NCBI RefSeq assembly: GCF_016593155.1
Contig: NZ_AP023215.1
Coordinates: 437,265-469,264, forward strand
Direction of reading: 5' to 3'
Source: Candidatus Saccharimonadota bacterium
GTDB lineage: Bacteria; Pseudomonadota; Gammaproteobacteria; Burkholderiales; Burkholderiaceae
DNA length: 32,000 nt
Positions 18,207 through 24,926 of the stretch are shown in pieces. Position numbers and translations under genes: made by a program. Every line of letters begins with the position of its first letter. The stretch's first letter is position 1. The notes below the pieces were generated by a model. That model saw nothing but the letters and a program-made list of their open reading frames with translations. It ran no database searches and had not been told where the DNA came from.

Positions 18207-18556
18207 GGGCCTCTAGCTCATGATTGGTTAGAGCAGCGGACTCATCAAAATGGTGACTTTTTTCAGAAATGAAAATTGAAAAGAATCTAAGTAAAGATTT
18301 AAAAAATTGGGTTAATTCAGGGGAACCTAAGTTTATAATAAAAATATGGCAATCCTGAGCCAAGTCAAAAATACATTTTTGAAAGGTGCAGAGACTAGCG
18401 GAGAGGTAGAGTCCTCTTAATTACCGATAAAAAATACCCGACACCTGAACAATATTTTATTTTTGAATATTGAAGGTGATGAGATAGTCCAGTAAATAGT
18501 GAAAACTATAAAAAAACTGAATCCGTTGGCGCCGTGTTCGACTCACGGGAGGCCCA
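18207..18556 (+). tRNA. tRNA-Ile(CAT) (ileX/lysidine type) split by a group I intron; exons 18207-18245 and 18520-18556; no encoded CCA
   Basis: The joined exons GGGCCTC-TA-GCTC-ATGATTGGTTA-GAGC-A-GCGGA-CTCATAA-TCCGT-TGGCG-CCGTG-TTCGACT-CACGG-GAGGCCC-A form a perfect cloverleaf. G1-C72 and an ordinary anticodon stem rule out an initiator. The sequence closely resembles E. coli ileX, including C4-G69 and C5-G68. Confidence 0.85.
18246..18519 (+). ncRNA. group I self-splicing intron (Azoarcus/IC3-like core), 274 nt, no ORF
   Basis: Inserted after anticodon nt 36 (CAT|AA). P1 has a U-G wobble (exon UCAU / intron GUGA 18253-56). P2 with GAAA loop at 18260-75. P3 UGGGU/ACCCG. P4 UCAGGG/UCCUGA. 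P5 carries the 11-nt receptor CCUAAG/UAUGG. Core GGUGCAGAGACUAG at 18385-98. P7 GACUA/UAGUC. P8 at 18442-78. P9 AUAGU-GAAA-ACUAU at 18496-509. Terminal G at 18519. Confidence 0.85.
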
Positions 18557-18559
18557 TAT

Positions 18560-19975
18560 TTATTTTTTATTTTTTTGAAATAAAGAATAAAAAAAACCAT
18601 CATAATCTTGATTTTTATTTATAGTGGGTAACAATTGACCTGGTGAATATAATCTAATAGAATCTTTATGATTTTTAGAAAAAATCATTGCTTGTTCTTC
18701 TGATTCTTCAAACCATAGTGAACATGTTACAAATAATAATTTTCCACCAGGTTTTAACATTTTCCATAAATTATCGAGAATTTTATAAGAGTATTTAGAA
18801 AGTTTTTTAATATCATTTTTTCTTCGTAACCATGGTATATCTGGATTTCTTCTAACAACACCGGATCCAGTACATGGTACATCAGCTAAAATTCGATCAA
18901 AATATTTATTTTCAGAAAATTTAAAACGATTATTAGTTTTTTTATTTATATTTATAGATAATTTCTTTAAATTAATTTTACTTATATCTAAAGGAATTAA
19001 TGTTGCTTTTAGATTTAATCGTTTTAAATTTTCTGAAATCATATTTAATCGACTTGAATTATTATCAACTGCAATTAGTTTAATATCCGCAATTTCTAAT
19101 AAATGACAGGTTTTACCACCTGGTGCAGCGCAAGCATCTAATACATACATTCCGGAACGAATATCTAATAATGGCGCAGCTAATTGAGCGGCTGCATCTT
19201 GAATTGAGCTAAATCCATTTAAAAATTTAGGAATTTTATAAATAGAAATCGGAGTATGTAATTTTATCGCTAATGGCCCAATAATAGTTGTTTCTAATCC
19301 TGATTTTTTTAAAAGTTTATTATAAGAAATAAGAGTAGTTTTACGTTGATTAATTCGTAATGTTAGTGGTGGTTTTTTATGACCAATATCTAAAATATTC
19401 TTCCATTGAAAAAAATTAGGATAAGTAATTTTAATATGATTTATCCACCATATAGGATAATTCCAATAACTTTCAGAAATATTATATATTTTTTTAAATA
19501 TTTCTTTCTTTTCTCGAAGAAATTTTCGTAAAATTGCATTAATCATATTTTTTGCATAAATTATTTTAAAATTGAACTGGGCAACATTAACAGATTGATG
19601 AACTATAGTATATATTTTATAATAATTTTTAATGTTATTATTTTTATTTTTTATATTTCTATTTTCTGTTTTAATTAATAAAGCTAAAGAACAAAAAAAT
19701 AATCCTTTTAATATTGAAATTTTTATCGGTTTTTTGATTAATTTATTTAATAACATTTCAACTAATCGAAGATGTCGTATAGTATAATAAGTAATATCTT
19801 TTATTGCTCCTTTTGCTTTTTCAGAAATATTTTTTTTATTAAATATTTCTGAAAAAGCTTTTTTTAAAGATATTCTGTTTTTTACATATATAACAGATTT
19901 TGCGGAATTATATAAATAAAATGATAAAGAATTATTATTTTTTTTATAATTATTAATATTATTATTTCGCGACAT
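18560..19975 (-). CDS. rsmB: 16S rRNA (cytosine967-C5)-methyltransferase
   Basis: 471 aa. NusB-like N-terminal domain. SAM site DACAAPGGKT. Catalytic DVPCTGSGVVRRNPDIPW and FVTCSLWFEESE. Confidence 0.85.
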   Translation of the reverse strand: MSRNNNINNYKKNNNSLSFYLYNSAKSVIYVKNRISLKKAFSEIFNKKNISEKAKGAIKDITYYTIRHLRLVEMLLNKLIKKPIKISILKGLFFCSLALLIKTENRNIKNKNNNIKNYYKIYTIVHQSVNVAQFNFKIIYAKNMINAILRKFLREKKEIFKKIYNISESYWNYPIWWINHIKITYPNFFQWKNILDIGHKKPPLTLRINQRKTTLISYNKLLKKSGLETTIIGPLAIKLHTPISIYKIPKFLNGFSSIQDAAAQLAAPLLDIRSGMYVLDACAAPGGKTCHLLEIADIKLIAVDNNSSRLNMISENLKRLNLKATLIPLDISKINLKKLSININKKTNNRFKFSENKYFDRILADVPCTGSGVVRRNPDIPWLRRKNDIKKLSKYSYKILDNLWKMLKPGGKLLFVTCSLWFEESEEQAMIFSKNHKDSIRLYSPGQLLPTINKNQDYDGFFYSLFQKNKK

Positions 19976-19981
19976 TTATTT

Positions 19982-21415
19982 TTAATAACGATAATTATCT
20001 AATTTATATGGTCCATTTTTAGAAACTCCAATATATTTAGCTTGCTGATTTGTTAATTTTGATAATTGTACATTTAATTTTTTTAATTGAAGACGAGCCA
20101 CTTTTTCATCAAGAATTTTAGGTAAAGTATATATTCCAATAGGATAGTCAGATGTATTATTAAATAATTCAATTTGAGCGAGTGTTTGATTAGCAAATGA
20201 AGAGCTCATGACATAAGAGGGATGACCAGTTCCACATCCTAAATTAACTAAGCGACCTTCCGCTAAAAGAATTATTTTTTTTCCATCTGGAAAAATAATA
20301 TGATCTACTTGTGGTTTTATATTTTCCCATTTATATTTTTTTAATTCTGAGACTTCAATTTCATTATCAAAATGCCCTATATTACAAACAATAGCTTGAT
20401 CTTTCATATTTCTCATATGATCATGAGTGATTACATGATAATTACCGGTACATGTAACAAAAATATCACCATATTTTTGCGCATATTCCATTGTTACAAC
20501 TAAAAATCCTTCCATAGCAGCTTGTAACGCGCAAATTGGATCAATTTCAATTATCCATACTTGAGCTGATAATGCTCGCATTGCTTGAGCAGATCCTTTT
20601 CCAACATCACCATAACCAATTATTACGGCAATTTTTCCAGCAATCATAACATCTGTTGCTCGCTTAATACCATCAATTAAAGATTCGCGACAACCATATA
20701 AGTTATCAAATTTTGACTTAGTTACAGAATCATTTACATTAATCGCTGGAAAAGCTAATTTACCATCTTGAAGCATGCGACGTAATCGATAAACACCTGT
20801 AGTAGTTTCTTCGGTTACTCCTTTTATTTGTTTTAATCGGGAAGAATACCATTTTGAGTGAATTTTTAATCTATTTTTAATAGATTTAAATAAATATGCT
20901 TCTTCTTCTGAGCACGGGTTAGATAATATAGATATGTTATTTTCGGCTTGAGCTCCTAAATGTAATAAAAATGTAGCATCACCCCCATCATCTAAAATCA
21001 TATTAGCTTGTTCCGTATTGGAGTTTCCTGGCCACTCAAAAATTCGATGATTAAATTCCCAATAATCATTTATAGATTCACCTTTGAATGCAAAAACAGG
21101 AATACCGTTATTAGCAATTGCTGCAGCGGCATGATCTTGTGTTGAATAAATATTACAAGAAGACCATCTTACTTTAGCTCCTAAATATTTTAATGTTTCA
21201 ATTAATACAGCGGTTTGAATAGTCATATGAATTGAACCGCTAATTCGCGCACCTTTCAAAGGTTTACTTTTTAAAAATTCTTCTCGAATAGCAATTAAAC
21301 TAAACATTTCTGTTTCAGCGATTTCTATTTCCTTTCTACCCCATGAGGATAAATTTATATCGGCAATAACAAAATCTTTTGATATAGAATTATTTTTTTG
21401 TTTTAAATTATTCAT
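19982..21415 (-). CDS. ahcY: adenosylhomocysteinase
   Basis: 477 aa. [16 protein letters not shown]-binding [22 protein letters not shown]-terminal [10 protein letters not shown]. Confidence 0.95.
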   Translation of the reverse strand: MNNLKQKNNSISKDFVIADINLSSWGRKEIEIAETEMFSLIAIREEFLKSKPLKGARISGSIHMTIQTAVLIETLKYLGAKVRWSSCNIYSTQDHAAAAIANNGIPVFAFKGESINDYWEFNHRIFEWPGNSNTEQANMILDDGGDATFLLHLGAQAENNISILSNPCSEEEAYLFKSIKNRLKIHSKWYSSRLKQIKGVTEETTTGVYRLRRMLQDGKLAFPAINVNDSVTKSKFDNLYGCRESLIDGIKRATDVMIAGKIAVIIGYGDVGKGSAQAMRALSAQVWIIEIDPICALQAAMEGFLVVTMEYAQKYGDIFVTCTGNYHVITHDHMRNMKDQAIVCNIGHFDNEIEVSELKKYKWENIKPQVDHIIFPDGKKIILLAEGRLVNLGCGTGHPSYVMSSSFANQTLAQIELFNNTSDYPIGIYTLPKILDEKVARLQLKKLNVQLSKLTNQQAKYIGVSKNGPYKLDNYRY

Positions 21416-21454
21416 ATTATTATATATTTTACAAAAATTTAAATATTTAAAAAA

Positions 21455-22618
21455 TTAAAAACCCGCAGAAGCCTTTAATATTTCAGCTTTATCAGTTAAT
21501 TCCCATGTAAATTCTGGTTCTTTACGACCAAAATGACCATAAACTGAAGTTTTTTTATAAATCGGGCGTAATAAATTAAGCATTTTTATAATACTTTTTG
21601 GGCGTAAATCAAAATGTTTTTTAACTAACAAAGTTAATTTTTCGTCACTTATTTTACCGCTACCAAAAGAAGTAACCATAATTGAAGTTGGTTTTGCTAT
21701 TCCGATTGCGTAAGATATTTGTATCTGACAACGTTTCGCTAAATCAGCGGCAATAATATTTTTTGCTATATAACGTGCCACATATGCAGCAGAACGATCA
21801 ATTTTAGAAGGATCTTTTCCTGAAAAAGCCCCCCCACCATGAGGTGCAGCACCTCCATAAGTATCAACAATTATTTTACGACCAGTTAAACCACAGTCTC
21901 CTTTTGGTCCCCCAATTACAAATCTTCCTGTTGGATTAATTAAATAACGAGTGTTTTTTAATAATTTTCCAGGAATTATTGGGAGAATAATTTCTTCTAT
22001 TACCGCTTCTTTAAGAGATTTATATGATACTTCTGGATCATGTTGAGTCGATAATACAATTGTATCAATAGCTATCGGTTTTCCATTTTCATATTTTAAA
22101 GTAACTTGAGATTTAGCATCTGGACGCAACCAAGGTAAATTACCATTTTTTCGTAATTTTGATTGTCTTTTTACAAGAAGATGAGAATAATAAATAGCGG
22201 CCGGCATAAATTCTGGTGTTTCATCACAGGCATACCCAAACATTAAACCTTGATCTCCAGCTCCTTGATCAAAATTAAGACCTTCTCCTTCATTAACTCC
22301 TTGAGCAATATCCGGTGACTGTTTATTATAGATTAATAATACCGCACAACTTTTGTAATCAATACCATAATCAATATGATTATATCCAATTTCCTTAATA
22401 GTTTTACGAACTATATTAACATAATTAATATTAGCATTCGTTGTTATTTCTCCAGATAAAACAATTAAATTAGTATTACATAGTGTTTCAGCAGCAACTC
22501 GGGCTTTTAAATCTTTTAAGAAAATTTCATCTAATATGGCATCAGAAATTTGATCAGCAATTTTATCAGGGTGACCTTCAGATACAGATTCTGAAGTAAA
22601 AAGATAATCATTAGGCAT
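21455..22618 (-). CDS. metK: S-adenosylmethionine synthetase
   Basis: 387 aa. [55 protein letters not shown]. Confidence 0.95.
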   Translation of the reverse strand: MPNDYLFTSESVSEGHPDKIADQISDAILDEIFLKDLKARVAAETLCNTNLIVLSGEITTNANINYVNIVRKTIKEIGYNHIDYGIDYKSCAVLLIYNKQSPDIAQGVNEGEGLNFDQGAGDQGLMFGYACDETPEFMPAAIYYSHLLVKRQSKLRKNGNLPWLRPDAKSQVTLKYENGKPIAIDTIVLSTQHDPEVSYKSLKEAVIEEIILPIIPGKLLKNTRYLINPTGRFVIGGPKGDCGLTGRKIIVDTYGGAAPHGGGAFSGKDPSKIDRSAAYVARYIAKNIIAADLAKRCQIQISYAIGIAKPTSIMVTSFGSGKISDEKLTLLVKKHFDLRPKSIIKMLNLLRPIYKKTSVYGHFGRKEPEFTWELTDKAEILKASAGF

Positions 22619-23515
22619 ACGTTAACTCCTTATTTGTAAACATATTCCTATGCCCCTTCATCTTATCGCTCTAAATATTTTATCATTTTTTTATTAATAA
22701 GTAAAATTATAAAAATTATATTTAAATTAAATAATTCAAAAATAAATCAATATTTGTATTATTTTTTAATATGATGATTTAATTTTTTATGAAAAATGTC
22801 TTCTGGAATTATGAAATAGGAATATCTAATTGGATTATTCCATAAAAAAATTTTTTAACTGGATAATTTCTATTAAGTTTATTGTAAATGATAATAATAT
22901 TTTTATAGGATTTTAATATTAACTATTTTTTAAAAACAACACTAATTAATATTAATATTTTATTTCTCTTTTTAGACATTTTTTTTAATTTTACTTGAAC
23001 AAATACTGGTATTATAATAGAAAGATATGAATATTTTTCTATGTATATCTAAATTTTTATATCATCAGTTTTTATGTTATATAAAATACATATCGCTTAA
23101 TACAGAAAATTCTCTAAAATTTATTTAAACTAATACTTAAATTTAAAATAGTTTTCATTGGCGTTTTGTGTGATTTTATTATTTATTGCCCCCTCTAAAT
23201 AATAAATGTGAATGCGTTATTAATGAAACACTATTTGATTTTAAGAATTTTGTTAAACCTGAAAAATTAATAGTATAATTAAGTATTTCAATAAAACCAT
23301 TTATATTAACCATTTATATTAAAAAATTTAGTGTTAGAAATAATATTTAAAATAAGAAAAGAATGAAAATTATTAGTTTAAATTTAAAAAAATATAAATA
23401 ATTGCATTTAATGCAAAATAATTTGAAAGTAATTAAAAATTTAAACTAAAATTCAAAATTTAAATATATTTAATAAAAATTTTATAAATTTTTAATATTA
23501 ATTAAAAAAAATATT

Positions 23516-24319
23516 ATGAATATTTCTATGCATTTTTTAAATACTTCACGTATTAAATATTTATATTCTAATTATAATACTGATACTGAAATTGATATTC
23601 GAACAATTATTTCAACTAATTCCACTAATTTAAATTTATTATCTATAGCAAAGACTGGTTTATTATTTCATCCAACATTTTTAGCAACACAAATTCAAAC
23701 TTCTGGACGGGGGCGAGCTGGTCGTATTTGGTATTCAGAACCCGAAATAACATTAACTTTTTCTCTCGCGTGGAAATTCAAACTTTCTCTTCAATATTTA
23801 ACGAGTTTACCTTTAGTAATTAGTCTTGCTTTATCTATTGCATTAAAAGAATTTGGACAAAAAGTACAATTAAAATGGCCAAATGACTTATTATTAAATG
23901 GTAATAAATTTTGTGGAATATTAATTGATACTTTTATTGACAAAAAAAATAATAATTCTATATGGGCTATTATTGGAGTGGGATTAAATCTTGGGTTACC
24001 ACGTATATTAAATAATAAAATAAATATTGGTAATATTTCAGAATTATTAAAAATAGAACGTGAAAAATTATTGGCGGTATTTATTTGTTATTTAATTGAT
24101 GCTTTAAAATTATTTGAGCATTATGGTTTTTCTATATTTATAAAATATTGGAATTTTAATCACGCTTATACTAATCAGGTTGTTAATATTTTAAATTTAA
24201 ATAAACCACAAAAAGGTATTGTTATTGGAGTTGAGAAAAATGGTTGTTTATTACTGGATACTAAGCTTGGTAAAATAATAATTTCTTCAGGGAATGTCTC
24301 GTTACGTTTACGGAAATAA
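23516..24319 (+). CDS. birA: biotin--[acetyl-CoA-carboxylase] ligase (class I, no N-terminal HTH domain recognisable)
   Basis: 267 aa. Signature QTSGRGRAGRIW, KWPNDLLLNGNKFCGILI, C-terminal SH3-like tail. Confidence 0.8.
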   Translation: MNISMHFLNTSRIKYLYSNYNTDTEIDIRTIISTNSTNLNLLSIAKTGLLFHPTFLATQIQTSGRGRAGRIWYSEPEITLTFSLAWKFKLSLQYLTSLPLVISLALSIALKEFGQKVQLKWPNDLLLNGNKFCGILIDTFIDKKNNNSIWAIIGVGLNLGLPRILNNKINIGNISELLKIEREKLLAVFICYLIDALKLFEHYGFSIFIKYWNFNHAYTNQVVNILNLNKPQKGIVIGVEKNGCLLLDTKLGKIIISSGNVSLRLRK

Positions 24320-24398
24320 TATTTTTAAATAATAAGATGTAAGATGTATATAAAGTAATTAAAAATTTTTTTTATAATTGGATTATAATAAATTAGAG

Positions 24399-24884
24399 TT
24401 AAATTTTTTTAAAGTATTTTATATTTTTAAATTGATCTAGTATTATTAGAATAACTCCTATAAAAATAGAAATATCAGAAATATTAAATATAAACCAATG
24501 TAAGCGATTAATATGTATATCAAAAAAATCAATTACATAGTTATATAAAACATAATCTATAAAATTTCCTATTGCGCCGCCTAAAATAAACGATAATCCA
24601 TAACAAAAAATATATTCTTTTATAAAAATTTTAATAAAATAAATAATTAAAAAAAATATAATAATATTAATTATGATTAATATATTTTTTTGTAAATCAA
24701 TTTTTTCATAAATTAAATTAAATATTATTTTTTTATTGTTATATATAAGAAATAAATTTAAAAAAGAATTAATTATTAATATTTTTTTACAAATAAATAA
24801 TTTAGTTATGAATATTTTACTTAATTGATCAATAAAAGATATTATAAAAGATAAAAAAATCCACAAAAATTTTTTTTTCATCAA
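24399..24884 (-). CDS. lspA: lipoprotein signal peptidase II
   Basis: 161 aa, four hydrophobic segments. GGAIGNFIDYV..VIDFFD and FNISDISIFIGV match the catalytic Asp regions of LspA. Directly downstream of ileS, the conserved ileS-lspA arrangement. Confidence 0.75.
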   Translation of the reverse strand: MMKKKFLWIFLSFIISFIDQLSKIFITKLFICKKILIINSFLNLFLIYNNKKIIFNLIYEKIDLQKNILIIINIIIFFLIIYFIKIFIKEYIFCYGLSFILGGAIGNFIDYVLYNYVIDFFDIHINRLHWFIFNISDISIFIGVILIILDQFKNIKYFKKI

Positions 24885-24926
24885 GTGATTTTAGTATTAT
24901 TAAGAAAATAAATATTTTTGAATAAA

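Noticed and set aside
18246-18519. Homing endonuclease or other ORF inside the intron
   Set aside because: 274 nt with stop codons in all frames. The whole length is accounted for by ribozyme helices.
18207-18556. The CAT-anticodon tRNA as initiator or elongator tRNA-Met
   Set aside because: G1-C72 is paired and there is no run of three G-C pairs at the bottom of the anticodon stem, so it is not an initiator. The overall sequence and the C4-G69/C5-G68 pairs resemble E. coli ileX rather than elongator tRNA-Met (U4-A69, A5-U68). The homologous Azoarcus intron host is also tRNA-Ile(CAU).
22619-22700. Recognisable SAM-II, SAM-V or SAH riboswitch in the metK leader
   Set aside because: I could not find the characteristic conserved strings or pseudoknot arrangement from memory. 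Only a short start-codon-pairing helix is visible, reported separately as a weak finding.
22995-23018. Sigma-70 promoter look-alike TTGAAC ... TATAAT
   Set aside because: The spacer is only 12 nt. TATAAT-like and TTGAAA-like hexamers are ubiquitous in this composition, so promoter calls from sequence alone are not supportable here.
24320-24360. Tandem AAGATGT-AAGATGT downstream of birA as a regulatory repeat or terminator
   Set aside because: Only two 7-nt copies, with no dyad symmetry or T-run. This is not distinguishable from chance.
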